Source of the DNA: Octopus vulgaris
Lineage: Eukaryota
Length of the DNA: 64,000 nucleotides
Direction of reading: 5' to 3'
NCBI GenBank assembly: GCA_951406725.2
Contig: OX597820.1
Coordinates: 59,396,001-59,460,000 of the forward strand
Shown here: piece by piece, positions 22,955-37,949 of the stretch
Layout of the letters: each line of letters begins with the position of its first letter
Numbering within the stretch: position 1 is the first letter of the stretch
The notes under the pieces: model-generated
Database searches by the model: none
What the model was told of the DNA's origin: nothing
The model's input: only the letters and a program-made list of their open reading frames with translations
Translations under genes and position numbers: made by a program

Positions 22955-23630
22955 GTGGGGAACCTCAATGTGGTCATTTGACTTCCTAGAAATGGCAACT
23001 AGATTTCCTTCAAATCACACTGCCATACTGATTACAGACAGAACATACTGGATAATGTAATTATGATCTGATATAACCATAAAAAAGCAAATGCATTGGT
23101 GATAAGCTAGAATGCCTTTCATCATAGGCTGGCTTGATTAGGCCTGTCCTTGGGCAAAAAAGAAATAGACCCACCATGAATCAAGCCTAAGCAACAGGAA
23201 GGAAACACTTGTTCAACTTGGTTAGAAATAGCAGCTGAATGTCTCCAAAGTCAGTTATATCATCTCTTAAGAAAGCAGAGAAATATTTAATAATGTAGTC
23301 CTATATGCACTATGTCAAGAAAAAGGTGGAGCAGCCATGGTTGGAATGTCTTATGGTTGAAAGTTAGCTTGATTAATGCTGATATGGGTAAAACACTACC
23401 ACAAGTCAATAAAGTAACTATTTCCCCTCTGTTTCAAAGACATTCTACCTACTAGTGGCTAGATTTCCATCAAATTCCATTCTAATATTGTAAAAAAAGA
23501 TAAGACATGTTTGATAATGTAGTCCTAGATACAAGATGTCTGGAAAGAAAGAAAGCAATGTGATGGTCATATCTGGAACTTACTTGATCCCAAGGTTTCT
23601 TAGGTAAAGATCAACCTGAAGTTAAACAAC
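22955..23630. repeat. Three tandem copies of an abundant unclassified ~200-bp repeat ('repeat X')
   Basis: Recurring ctagaaatagcagccaaatct..caaatcacac...ggataatgtagtcc...ggtcatggctggaatgcctttgatcatagg...ggggctaaacaac pattern, with many other copies across the window. Confidence 0.7.
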
Positions 23631-24902
23631 ATGAATCTCACAACTAGTTTGAGATTGTCAGCTTGCAAACAAATTGGTTCATTAGCTTCATTATTTTTTC
23701 TTAAAAATTAGCAGCATAATAAAAACAAATGATAAAGATATCCCTGTTTCTTACATGGCTACACATTTTGGGAAGGATGTGATTGATGGAATTGACTCTA
23801 GTTATAACCACTACCACCACTACCACTACTATCACTAACAACACAACAATACTACCACCATTACATCACTGTTTCATCACTATCACCATTACCAAGTTGA
23901 GATCAACAGAGTAATTCAGGTTATCATAGAAGCTAACCTTCCTATCCTGGATAACACAGTACCAAGCAGTTATTTGTTGCTCCTGCCTGTGAAGTCTCTT
24001 CCTGGACAGAGGCACAAGTTGGTTGCAAGATTAACCACTTGCTGCTGTTGCTGCCACAGCAGGTACTCATTTCCAGCTGAATGATCAAACAAGAGCAATG
24101 TGAAAGTGAAACACCTTGCTCAACAACACAATGTGCAACTTGATCTGGGAATCAAATCCAAAGCCTTACATTGTAACCAACAACACTGGTGTCTGGGCTG
24201 GGGCAAACAGCGATACAGACTAAGACCAACACACATACATATACACACTTTTGTCATCATGATGTCCTGCTTTCATGCCGGGATGGGTTAAACAGGTTGT
24301 TACAATTCAGGCTGGTTCTTGTTGGGAGTTATGTTCTACATAAATGTTTTAGTTTTGGCTTTGTTTCTATAACTGGATGCTCTACCTGTCACCAACTATA
24401 TTTGCACAGTAATCTGACTTCTTTTTCTAGCATGTCAAGTAACTGCGCAGAAGCTTAACTCGAAAAGAAAATGATAAGTACTGGAGCTGATTTGTTTGAC
24501 TAAATAAACCCTTTAAGGTGGTGCCCCAGTATGGCCACAGTCCAATGACTGTAACAAATAAAAGATATATGCATGTGGTCAGTTGTTTAGAACTATAAGC
24601 CTATTATAAGTACTGCAACAACTTTCCTCCTCTTAATTCAAAATAACCCCTTCCCATTCTTCCATTGCTAATGACAGAACCAGGTTTTGACCTTCAACAA
24701 ATAAGAGGGAGGCTAACATCTCCAGGGGGAACCTTCACCTCCTTCCAGTATGAATTGAATTGTGGTTGTTGATATTTCGATGAATCCTTGAGCAGAACAT
24801 TCAGCTATTTCAAGGCTGTAAAAACACTTGCCATATCAACAATACGCAGATTTATCATCACATTTGGAAAAGCCGTTTCTCTCCTCCCCACTGCATTCTC
24901 TT

Positions 24903-24937
<35 letters not shown>

Positions 24938-26230
24938 ATGTACATATGTATGTGCACATTCATACACACACACACATACACATGTATAATAAATAAACAA
25001 ATATAATGGCAGTTTGATTCTTTCCCAATGTATGTGTATATGCATGTATGCATATCTGTGTGTGTTTATTTGTTTCCCTTTTTGTTTTGCCCATTCTTGC
25101 CCATGAATACAAGCTACCACCTAACACACATGTACACAGACACAAGCAACAAAACAAACTCCATTCAAACTGCCAAGCTTTTATATACATCTTAATGAGC
25201 AAATTGTTCAAATGCTTAAAACTGTGTGCTATATATACATACATATATATCAGCATGTGAGTCTGGCGGGGTTCTTAGATTGTAAACTTTGTTTTTCCTT
25301 TTAACATTGTTCTTCTTATTGAGGGCAGTTTGTTTTATTACCATTTAAACAGTCAGTAGTATACATTGTTTCACAACAATCACACCACACCACCACCATG
25401 AGGCCCTCTACCTCCACCACCACCACTACATACATCTACCACCACAACCAAAACCTGTCACAATACTCAGTATTACTCCTCCTGTACAATAAACCATCTT
25501 GATTGTTCAAGGATCTCTGCCTTGTGGTTAGCATTTTGTGGGGAGTATGAACGAAAGGGGGTGGGAATGGGGAATAAACCAGTGGAGTTGAGTTTGGTGT
25601 CATTTCATTTTCACTGAAAATATGTGTGTGTGATTTGGAAGACCTTGGTCCAAAACATTTCCCAATTGATTCAGCCACACACACATATCAGCCAGCTTAT
25701 GGCATATATTCATCAATGAAAATAATTTTAAGATATTGATACTCTACTTTACTGAAAAATTACATTAGAGCTGTAATTACAGTCGAGCATGGGGAAGTGG
25801 GTTTAACACTTTCATGAATATATTATTTCTAAATATGAATAGGCTGCTTCTTTTGTGTGCTTTAATTCATTCCTAAAATACTCAAGGATTTTGAGAACCA
25901 TAGCTCTAGGCCATATTTATTTGTATATAGGCATAGCTGAATTGTTAAAATTTTTTGCCTCGCAACTACATGGTTCTGAGTTCTGTCCTACTGTGTGACA
26001 GAAAACATCTTCAATCTAGCTTTAGATTGAGAGAAGTCTTGTGAAATTTGGTAGACAGAAATAAACTGTGTGAAAGCCATTCTCTTAGATTTATATATGA
26101 ATGTGTCTATAATATGAAGGACAATGGCATCATTAGTGGGTCAACAGAATGCACTTGTATTTAGTTTTGTCTTGATTATGTCCCTTTACACTCAAGTCAA
26201 TTTTGTCTTTCTGTCCCACCAAACACTCAG

Positions 26231-26611
26231 GAAAACTGATGAAAGGGGGTCTTCTTTCATCAGGACAATGTTCCAGCACACAAAGTACTTGGTTTCAATG
26301 GCTGCTGTATGTGAGTGTGGCTTTGAACTGGTTGACCACCCTTCCTATTCTTCTGACTTAGCCTCATGTGACTATCATCTGTTTCCCAACATGAAAAAAC
26401 ACTTGGTTGGGAACCAGTATTGCAGTGATTACATTACATCTGCTGCTGATAACGTTTTTGACCAACACGATAAAAGTTTCTTCACCAATTGGATCCAAGC
26501 ACTGCAACACCAGAGGAAGACGTGTGTGGACTGCAAAGGGGAACTATGCTGAAAAATAAACTCCATGAGAGTATCTTGGTCAGCCTATGAACTTTTCAGC
26601 CGACCCTCATA
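26231..26611 (+). mobile_element. mariner transposase remnant (C-terminal catalytic part) with 3' TIR
   Basis: FHQDN (frameshifted) and HPSYSSDLASCDYHLFPNMKKHL, a degenerate HPPYSPDLAPSDY motif. Ends aacttttcagccgaccctca-ta. Confidence 0.88.
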
Positions 26612-29589
26612 AAGAGTGGACAGTTATAAGATTGATATAGTCATGCACGTGTGGCTTTAATGTAGTCCAGTGATTGAAACCAGTGAAAGAATAAAAGAAT
26701 ATTGCACTGAAATACAACTCTCCTCATATGCAAAGTAGAACCTTCATTCATTATAATTTTATGTCAAAATTGTTCAAGTTATAATGTTCCAAACATTAGC
26801 TTAATAAGTGTTTCAAATTTTGGCACAAGGCTATCAATTTTAGTAGAAAGGAATCAGATGCTAAACTGGTACACATTTTATCGACCCTGAAAAGATGAAA
26901 GGCAAGTTGACCTCAGTAAAATTTTGAACTCATGTAAAGAACTGGAAGAAATGCCATTCAGCATTTTCTCTGTGCTAATGATTCTGTCAGCTCCCTGCCT
27001 TCAGTTTTAGGTGGCAAATTGGCAGAAGCATTAGTGGCAGACAAAAGGTCTTATGCTATTTATTTCAGCTCTTTCAATTTGAATTCAATTCCTGCAAAGG
27101 TCAGAGGTAGCATTTATCTTTTAGGGGTTGATAAATAAAGAACCAGTCTAGAGCAGAACCAATAAAGTATCAAGCAGGACGCAATGCATTGTGGGATTTG
27201 TTCCAGCTCTTTTTGTGTTCTGAATTCAAATCTTCCTGCAGCAAGAGTTGTAGACTTAATGACCCTCCACCCTTAACATTGCTAGACTCTTTAGCACAGT
27301 TCACTCTTATTAAAAATATTCTAGCTAGGTCTACAGTTTGAAGACATCTTCCTTCTTCACCACCAACCATCTTAGAGGCTCTGGAAAGGTCACTGTCCTT
27401 TCCACTTGATTAAGCAATAAACAAGCATTTTCTACTATAGCCCTGGGCTGACCACAGATTTGTGAGGGAATCTGGTGGACAAAAACTGTGTGGAAACTTA
27501 TGGTGTATATATGTGCATATCTGTGTGGGTGTGTTGCTTTAGTTATGGCCCATAACTTAGCAGTTTAGCAATAAAAAAAAAGCACTGGGGTTTAAAAGAT
27601 ATGAACAGTGCATTTTTTAAAATATATATGTCGTGGCTGATTCCAGCGTCATGTAATTAGAACCCATGTTGGTGGCATGTAAAAAAGTTACATTCTTGGA
27701 GTGGTTGGCATTATGAAGAGCATCCAGACATAGAAAGCATGAGAAATCAGACTGGAACTTGGTGTAGCTGTCCGGCTTACCAGTTACAGACAAACTGTTT
27801 AACCCATGCCAGCATGGAAAGCAGATGCTAAATGATGATGATGATGATGATTATATGATTACAAAAGAATTAATGCAGGTGATTTGGGGCATGTTGGTAA
27901 CATGACACCAGTGGTGGTGTTAGGGACAGTAAGCAAATCATACATTTCTTGTATCTCTCTCTTAGCCCCTACAGATCTTTTACATTGAATGTTTGTGTAT
28001 CACATTTCTTGTGCATACCTTATGCAGTCTCTTTTTTTTTCAGGACAAGGGAACACAAACCTCTTGTGGATCTACAGATCTACACGACTCCCTGAAATTC
28101 TTAAAACCCCATATTAGTCCTTCATTGACTACACCATCACAACTAGAACCACCTGCAGCAATAAATGGTATGGTAAAATAAACTACGAGATTACAAGTGG
28201 TAAATTGTTTGAGTAATTCCCAGACTTTATTTAATGGATGCATCTCTTTTGCTATGGACTCCTTCAGCTGATGAGAAAATATAATGGACTAACAAGAGTG
28301 TCTTTGTCTGCTTCTTTTACATTCCAGAAATCTAAGAACAGAAGACAAATCTATTTCAGATCCTATGTTTCTTAAAAAGGTTCCACTGGATAAAATAGCT
28401 CTAGACAATGTAGATAATGTTTGGTGTGAAGAAGGAGAAGGAAGAAGTCAAGTCACAGCTGGACTACTTTTTATGATAGGTCATATTATTATATTTGAAG
28501 CCTTGGACCTTTACTTTTATTCATTTATTTATTTTTCATTAATTTTTCACTCATCACTCATCAGTTCTGAGAGCCCCAAATGTTAAACAAGGAAAGTTAC
28601 AGCTATGCTGATGGACTTACAAGACAATTATAAAACATCAGCAGATCATCATTATATCTTGTCACTGGCGCCTTGCTGTGTCTATGGGAAAAAAACCACA
28701 GAATTCTTGTGGTTTTAACCTAAAGTCCTATATACAACAGGATTGAATCATTCACTACTGTAAGCAGCAGCAGCACTGTAAATTTGATGTGTGTTCCATT
28801 AGCTTGCAGTACCAACTACAACTCCCTCTGTGCATATGCTTCTCCCCACCACTCAGACAAGAGAGGGGGGGGGGGGGCGGGCAAGGGCAATGGGCTTGCA
28901 ATCCACTCCTGAGAAACAAACAGATGCTATACAGGAACTAAGACCTTGGATGTGTGATAGTGGAATAACAGGGGAGAAGGGAGCAATGGTAGTTCCAGTC
29001 CCAAGTTATAAGGTGTGTGTGTGTGTGTTTGGGGGAAGGGTACTGCAGGGAGAACAGAGTGTATGTTCTTTTGAAATGAATAAAGACTGTGGGAATGGTA
29101 AGATGTAGAGGTGGTGATGATGGTTAGTAACGGTGGCAGAGAGGTAGTGGTGTTGGTGGTGGTTGTAAGTGATAGCAGGAGCAGTGTTAATAAAAGTGGT
29201 GGTGATGGTGATATTAGTGATAGTAGGTAGTGGTGGTGATGATGGAAATGGTGGTAGTAATGATAAGGTTAGTAGAAGTGGTGGGGGTGGGGGTGCTGAT
29301 GGTGTAATGATAGTAGTGTTAATGGAGTGGTGTTTGTATAACAATGTTTCTAGTGTAACAATGGTGATATTGATAATGCTATTTATGAAGATTACAGTTG
29401 TGATGTTGGTAGTGGTGGTGGCAGTGGTGTTGACAAGAAATGGTGGTAGTGATAGTGGTAGTGTTGCTGTAATGGAAGTGGTAGTAGTGGTGGTAGTGAT
29501 AGTCTAAGTAACATCATGTCTGTTACTCTATATCACTGCTGTAAAAGTCTGACAGCACTAGGGCAAAGGAAGGTTTTTAAATTAGCTTT

Positions 29590-29900
29590 ACTTTACTGCA
29601 CACGCACACCCACATATGTACACAGGCAAGACACACATACACACACACACGCACAGATGTATAAACATACATACCAGCACACACACACACACGTAGACAT
29701 GGCGTACACTTACAGATGTATAAACATACATACCGGCACACAAACACACACGTACAGACATGACATACACTGACACACAGATGTATAAATATACATACTA
29801 ATGCGCATGCACACACACACACATACAGATACACAGATACATATGTACACAAGCAAGGCATACAACCATACAAATGTATAACCATACACACACACACACT
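29590..29900. repeat. CA-rich minisatellite, ~60-bp unit with core cagatgtataaacatacatac, about 3 copies
   Basis: Core recurs near 29654, 29713 and 29778. Confidence 0.8.
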
Positions 29901-30959
29901 GAAAGACAAATAATCAGAACCACAAATTTAAAGGCATAAACACATGCATACATAAATAGTCACATTTACTTAGATTTAAACATACATTATACACACATGT
30001 ACGTGCACATGTGCATATGCGAATACTTTTGCTTTAATATGTGTGCATCTGTGTACTTGTATAGTTTTATACGTATGTGCATGTGTACATATTTACACAC
30101 ATTCATGCACTATATAATATAATTATATATATATATATTTATATATATATCTAACTATACATAAAATGTTTCTAAGTATATAAAATGTATGTAATGTGTG
30201 CGAATACACACACACACACACATACACACAGAGAAAATAACACAATTTCATACATAAACACAAATATACATACATATATACACCACACTTGAAAGTCAGT
30301 CAGTCTGCTCCAAAAAAGAAAAAAAAAGAACCCTCCAGTTAGTTTTATAGACTTTCTCTACATATAACACACTGCTTGATGCCACCCAAGATGTGAAGCA
30401 GGGGGGGATAAGAGTAGGGGGTGAGGGTAAAGATGGTGGGTAGAAGGAAGGAGGGGAAAGAGAGTGAAGAGGGAAGCAATATGTTAAGGAAAAAAATGAA
30501 ATAAAAAAGAGAAGGGAAGAGAAAAATACTCAAAAAATAAAAAGAAAAGAAAGGAAAAAGCAAGAAGCAACTCACAAAAGAAACTTCTAAAGAGATGGGT
30601 GAAGATAAACAATATTTTTTTTTTTCATGCATATACACCTACACACTTACAGACACTGATATACATACACAATCCAATCTCTGAACTGCTTTTGTAGAAA
30701 AGAAAGGAGGCTGAGTGTAGTGAGAAGGAAGAGAACACACATCTATCACATCTCATCATCCATCTTTCAACACACATACACACACATATATACACTTGTA
30801 ACCACATACACACACATTCAAAACCACACATAGATAAACAATCATTTCCTTAAGCCAATATACACTCCTTAGCCACTACCACCAACACCATAAACTCCCA
30901 TTACTTTCACCATAAGTCTTGCTACCCCAACCACACACACACACACACACAGCCCACCT

Positions 30960-31610
30960 ACACAAATATAATCAATTTACCCAATGATCTGGGTGCTATC
31001 ATAGAACAATCAGGAGATTGGGGGCCATGAAATAAGAGCAGACTAAGGGCAGCAAGATCAGTCTTAAAGTCACTCAATACAATCTGGAAAGAGACAGAAA
31101 CTAGTAAGAAAAATATCAAATTAAAGATCCTGCAGACACTAGTTTGGCCTGTTGCACTGAATGAATGTGAAAGCTGAACCCTAAGGGCAAATGACTTTGC
31201 CAAACCAAAATCCTTTGAAACAATATGCTTCTGACTATGCCAAACCAAAATCATTTGAAACAATGTGCTTCTGCAGCTGGACTCATTGATCAAATGAGAT
31301 AGTAATTGAGGGAATGGGAGTTGAAAGAGAATTTTTGACAACTATCAGGAAGAAAAAGCTACAGTATTTGGGCATGTCACAGCAGTCTCAGAACCTCAGT
31401 ACCCACATCCTAGAGGGAGTCAATGGGAAACAGGAGAGACTGGGCAGATGCTGGGTGGACATCATCAAAGGATGGACTAGAAGATGTCTGGATGAATTCA
31501 CATTCATGGTTAGAGGTGTTCGTGGAATCAATGTTGTGAGAGATGACACATGTTTCCATGGTGCCTGATCCTCAGCAATGAGGATGGGAATAGGCAAGGC
31601 AAGGCCAAGG
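30960..31610 (+). mobile_element. Decayed RTE-clade LINE 3' fragment
   Basis: LKILQTLVWPVALNECES*TL, TIRKKKLQYLG and ILEG..W.D.IK.WT motifs with stops and frameshifts; ~40-bp internal tandem duplication near 31198-31273; ggcaa-repeat tail. Confidence 0.8.
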
Positions 31611-32647
31611 TGGAATGAGAGACTCTAATAGAATATACTAAACCGTATTGTGAGATATATTTTAATACAGTGTGGTGGTATGAGTAGATTACACAGAGCA
31701 GTATGGCTATAGTAGCCATAGTATAATGGTAGCTATATACATATATACACAGCTACATATCTTTGTATGTTTAACTATGAAGTCAAGAACTCAAATTCTG
31801 TGACCATCATGGCACAAGTATGACTGATGAAGATAAAGACGTTCACCTTGCAGTCACATGGCTTCAGGTTCAGTTCAACATGCAGCACTTTCTTTAACAA
31901 CTTCAGCTATGACATTGAGGTCATTTGCATACATAAGTTTGCATAACAGTCAGTATGAAACTGATATGGCCTGGGACACTATAAACAGGAGAGAAGTTGA
32001 GAATCAAGCTCTGATGGACACCTACTTGTATGATAAATTCCTTACTAAACTCAATTTTCTATGAAGTTAATTCTTAGATTCCTGAAATTATCCCTTCTAA
32101 TTGCTGTCAGATTTTTGCTTTCTTTCTCCAACTAAAATGCAAAATTCAATTCATTTTTCAATTCACTTATTATAAATGTACATCATTCAGTACATCACCA
32201 CCTACCCAAAAATGAAAATACTATTAGTAAAAGTACTTCAATTAATTCACTGAAGATGGTACAGGAGATGACTTCTAGGTGATGCTAGTGTTAAAAGTGG
32301 TGTTAGTGTAGAGAACAACAATCTGAATGTCATGTCGGTTGTTTTAGCTCCAGAAGAACTGTATTCCATCTCAGATCACTCAATCTCTTTTTCTTAGATA
32401 TAGTATATGTCCTACTGTTGTTTTAACCCAAAGCTAAACTTTAGCCATTTGTTTTTACACATAGTGTATCTTGGGACTACAATATCGAGTCTGTTCTTCT
32501 TTTGAAAGACAGCAGAGTGATTTAAGAAGATCTATTTGATCTCATTGTTGCTTAGCATAAGGTGAGCCACCACTATATAGACCAATAATCAAAGACCTAG
32601 TTAAGAGAGCACAACATACTTCACATACTTCAAAGTCATTCTTTTAA

Positions 32648-32817
32648 CCTTTTAGTATTTAAATTTCTGTCAAATGTAATGCTTATGTATTCATATTCTT
32701 TTGAATTAATCATGCATTTTATCTCAGAGCCTCAAGATTTTAAAGATTCTGGCCTGTTTCAACATAAAGCAAGGTAGAATATTTGGGTTGGATATGGCTG
32801 GTTTAAATATTAAAGGG
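32648..32817. mobile_element. piggyBac-type MITE family B, internally deleted
   Basis: ttaa-ccttttag...taaaggg-tta termini; homologous to 37950-38156 in the opposite orientation. Confidence 0.7.
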
Positions 32818-33989
32818 TTACATACAGTACAGTGTATATTTGAGAGGTATTTTCTTTGCTGTTACTTCCAGCAGGTTGAACAACCATGTACAGACTACCA
32901 TTTGTGGTTGTTATTATTTAGTCTTACTGACTGAACAGACCTATGATTAAACATTCCAGTTGTGACAATCCTGTCTTTTTACTTTGTGCAGGAAACCTAG
33001 AGCCACATTATCTGATGTGCCCTTTTCTGAGACAGTATGGTGTAATTTGAGGGTAATTTGGCTGTTGGGGTACCACCCATGCCTTTTACAAGGTCTCCAG
33101 GTGGTGGTGGGTGGGTGGTGAGGCAGAAGAGAAAAACCCAAGACTCATGGATTACTGTCATAGGAATCAGTACACCAAGATATTCCAAAATACCCCTAGA
33201 ATGGAGATCTGTCCCACAATAGTCAGATAGATGGTGCTGCCAAACAGGATGACAAACAAAATCACCCATGAACAGGTAGAGGCTGAGAGGCTTCTTCACA
33301 GTTTCCATCAGGCTTCGGTTGCCCAAGAAGATGTTTGGTCAAGTTTGTCACACTGAAGGATTGAACATGAATTCTGGAAATATGTGGATGTGAAATGAAC
33401 TTCTTAAACACACAACCTTGCTTGCACCTATGTTGATGTTGTTCAGTCCCAAGTCATCCCTAATCCAGATAAATAATGCATCTAGGACTACAATATTTCA
33501 TGTCCTTCCTTACTCAAGAAGGAAAGATGTGATTTCAGAGAAATTTAGGTGCTATTTCTAGCAAGATGAGTGACTGTGTAGGGGCTCACTTGCAGATGTT
33601 AACAAAGTTGTTGTTATTGTTAAGCTATGTCAGCCCTGTATGATTGTATCTATGAATAAAGACATTTCAGCAGTGACCACCCTGTCAGTTTCATGCAATG
33701 TAAGAAATCAATAACCACATTATCCAACATGTGCTATTTTAAGATAGTAGGTTGTAATTTGAGGGCTGTTATTTCTTGGAGTGTCGACAGAGTGATGTAC
33801 AGTAGTGGCGATGGTGGTGAGGATGGAGCAGTTATGATTGTGCCGGTGATAAATGTATGTATATTAAGGTAGTGACACCACTTATAGTGCTGATTATAAT
33901 GATGGTCATGTTGATAATAGTAGTGATAATACCTGAGATGTGATGCATAGTATTCAACTGATAATAGTTGTCTTATAGCTCTGGTTTAG

Positions 33990-34211
33990 CCCTTTTGTTA
34001 CTAACTTAGCTGAAACCAGCTCTGGCTCTATAGTACAAATGTCTTGTTTCCATAAGTTTTGAATTAAAATCTTCCACCAAACCTTAGTCACAATTTATGT
34101 TCCTAACACTAGCTTAATGATAACTAAGTTATTTTACTAAATTCTTTGTTATATTTTAAAATAATTGAAAGAAACACAGAGCATCTCAAAATAAATACAG
34201 TAACGAAAGGG
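33990..34211. mobile_element. piggyBac-type MITE family A
   Basis: cccttttgttac...gtaacgaaaggg TIRs with ttag/ttaa flanks; near-identical inverted copy at 37191. Confidence 0.85.
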
Positions 34212-34747
34212 TTAACCTAGGATAAGCCCTGAAAGAGAAGGCTCATAATCAAAAGCATTCAAGATGTGACCATCCAGTTTTTTCAAGCATAGTTGTACTT
34301 CACCCAAGCACTATACATAATAAGCTCATCATTATTTATATGTGGTTAACCAGTGTGATTTGAGGACAATTTGTCTGTTACTTCTAGCAGATTGAGCAAT
34401 CATGTTAGAGAGCTCCACTGTTGGCTTTGGTTCAATAGTGGTAATTGGAATGATGAAAACGGCTGTAGCAGCAATGATGCTCTAAGTGGTGGTGGCGATG
34501 GTGGTGGGTGTACTGGGTGGTGTAAGAATGACAAGGAAAAGTGGTTCTTGTAGCCCAACAATTGGTTCAAGTTATTGGAATGTAAACTGATCTTTTTTAC
34601 AACCCAGGAGGGAGAACGGGAGAAAGAGAGAGACAGAGAGAAAAGGGAGAAGAAAAATAAAGACAGAAAAGGAAAGCAAATAGAAAAACTTCCTTTTAGT
34701 ATCCAGACAAATTGCATCCACCAAGAGTACAAAGACACGCATGCATG

Positions 34748-34975
<228 letters not shown>

Positions 34976-36373
34976 TTTTATCTGCAAAAACATTCACCAT
35001 GGTGTGTATGTGAATTTGTATATAATTTACTTCAAGTGCTTTGCTATGTAGCATAAGAATCAATTAATTAACCAATAAAATTAAGCTAATTAACAGCGAC
35101 AACAACAACAAAATAAAGGGAAAGGCGGGGTGAGGTTTGGTAAAAACAGAACAAGAATATTCTTACTATAATAAACTAAGGTTTGTGGTTGGCACAACGT
35201 GGGTGGTTGGGTGCTGAGGAGGAAGAAATAAAGAATTGTTATCCAAAGAGCAGAAACGGGGAGTGGTAGTGTGGAGAAAGAGGTTGGGGCTAAGTTTCCA
35301 CTGTGTAGCATTTTTTTCATTTCTCTTTTTTTATTATTATTTATTAATACCTAAAAAAGGTACTTTTTCGTTATTAATGGAAGAATAGATAGGGAGATTA
35401 TCAGTAGAGCTTAGAACTAAAAGACCCTGTCTGTTACTTGATTCATGTTCTTTTTCCTTTTATGATCTGAATTGTAAATCCTCTTCCCAGAAGATTAAGG
35501 GTATTATGAAAGGGCTGGTTGGAAGCCCAACCTTCTGAGTTCTTTTACAGGGCTTAAAAAAAAAACCTGGAAGACTATTGCAATAAGTGTGTGACTCTGA
35601 GAGGGAAATATGTTGAATAAAATTTTAAATAACTGATCCTCCTGTATTTTCTTTTATCCAGAGCCGGGAACTCTTCATCACCTCATCATAGTGTCCATTG
35701 TTGGAATCATATCAGGCTGTTGATCTCCACATTAGATGTCTGTTGATGTAGAGTGTGATTATCTTCTGTTCATGATATTGTGAATTTTGTTAGTTGAATG
35801 CCAACACAAGTAAAAAGTACAAATAAGATTCAATTTAGCCATATTCCTCCACTAAATATCTATTACCTTCTACCAATCATCATCACCATCACCAACAAGC
35901 CCTTGCATTCTCTCAAAACCATTGCTGCCTACATTAATAAGAATACTTAAAATGTATGACAATCTGTATATTTGAGAAACATAACATGTCCAAGCCACAA
36001 GTCACCCTCAAATAAGATACATTCATACACTACCACAATATTGAGCCAATGAGGAGACTTTGATATCATTGCAGATTGACATGCTAGAAGCAGTAGCCAA
36101 ATTTCTCTTACTTCACAAACCACTGTCCTAAAAAGACAGTGATGTAGTATGAGGGACTAGATTAACTGATGTAGTCCCACATACCCCTAAAATGATAGGA
36201 TGGTCATGGTTGGAATGCCTGTAATCATACATCTGCTCAATCAAGACTATCCCAGAGCTACACTATGCCATCAACAAGAGGCATACAAGAACAAGCTGAA
36301 AGTGTAGCATGTCTAAGCTATTACACTGCCCTTCACGTAATAAACTTTCAGTGTGGTCCACAATCGAATAGAA

Positions 36374-36670
36374 CAGAGGTTCTCAAACTTTTGGGGCCAC
36401 CGCCACTTCAGTACTCCCACCCTTATTTTATGTGTGAATAAATATTTTATATTATACTAATTTATATATACTATGAGTCATTTGATATTTAATATATCAT
36501 ATAATTTGTATACAATACTATAATAAATTCATAGCGTCCCTAATCCACTGCCTTCCTCCCAATGCTTCCTTTTTCTCTACCACCCCACACTTCCCCCTTA
36601 AGCACCAGCACCCACCTGGACTGTCTCAATGCCCACTGGGGTGTGGTAGCACCCATTTTGAGAACCTACA
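36374..36670. mobile_element. hAT (Charlie-like) MITE, old
   Basis: cagaggttctcaaa...tttgagaacctac termini; imperfect 8-bp flanks gaatagaa/gaattgta. Confidence 0.55.
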
Positions 36671-37190
36671 GAATTGTAAGAATACACTGTATCTGAACCA
36701 CTGGATCCATGGATCATACCTAATTATTTGATTCATTACTTATATTTTGGGTAATAAATCCTTGTGTTGTTTGGTTTAATACCATCTGGCCCCTGGGTTC
36801 CTTTAAGAGTCTAAGCTGTTGTGAATATTCAAGCAACCATCTATCTCAGTTTGAGGATAACTTTGTCACTTCCTTTCACATGTTCCTGAGCCTGCTGGGA
36901 TCTACATCACTCTTCATTTTTCTAGGGGTCAATGAAATACATACCAGTCAGGTAGTGATCTTGATTTAAATAACAACACCAACAGTCACAACTTTATGGC
37001 ATTGTATGAAAGTTAGAATCATTAATACCTTTAATCATGCATGGCTCCTACAGCTGAATGCCCTTCCTAAAGTTATTACTGTGCTTTTTTCATGGTATCA
37101 ACCAACATTAGACAGGTTGTCATGTAGTTTGCAAGACTAAAATCCCCATTGACTGGAGACAGGTTTATGCTAGGTGGTGACAAGGTGTAA

Positions 37191-37411
37191 CCCTTTCGTT
37201 ACTGTATTTATTTTGAGATGCTCTGTGTTTCTTTCAATTACTTTAAATATAACAAAGAATTTAGTAAAATAACTTAGTTATCATTAAGCTAATGTTAGGA
37301 ACATAAATTGGGACTAAGGTTTGGTGTAAGATTTTAATCCAAAACTTATGAAAAACAAGACATTTATAGTCAGGGCCAAAGCCGGTTTCAGCCAGGTTGG
37401 TAACGAAAGGG
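37191..37411. mobile_element. piggyBac-type MITE family A, inverted relative to 33990
   Basis: Perfect 12-bp TIR ccctttcgttac/gtaacgaaaggg; flanks gtaa/ttaa. Confidence 0.87.
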
Positions 37412-37949
37412 TTAAGTAGGAAAGGAGAGTTTGGAACAGGTTTCTTGCTATACAGAAGCTACATGGCTACAAAAGAATGGAGACAATTGCTTTATAGTGT
37501 TTGATATTTTTCTTAAGCACAAAGTCACTTGACATTTTCAGTTCAAATCCTATTCAATTTGAATTTCTTTTTTTTTTTTTATTTCATTTGCTTCTTACTT
37601 AAGGTGAGTACCAGTAATGGACCACAGTAAAATGAATCAATTATATGCTTTCTTAACAAATCCTCACAATTATCATCATTGTCATCCTGATAGAGAGATG
37701 ATGGAGTAGGCTTTCTGTATCTACATTACTTGATGCTATACCTCATGTCATTGCTTATGATGCTATCAGTACTATACAAGACAAGCTGCTGGACACACCT
37801 TTCAAAATCTGCTATCTGAAAAATGCACTTCAGTGTCCCCACCACCCAAAAGTGATACCAACCTCTTTAGTTACTAATCTATACAATTCCCAAAATGAGG
37901 ATCAGAGAATAACATTTTTTGCCAAGTTTCCTCCCACACAGATGCTTAA

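Noticed and set aside
28019-28268. Minus-strand exon-like segment overlapping ORF 28040..28243
   Set aside because: Plausible splice signals but a stop before the donor and no homology; such pairs arise by chance in long introns.
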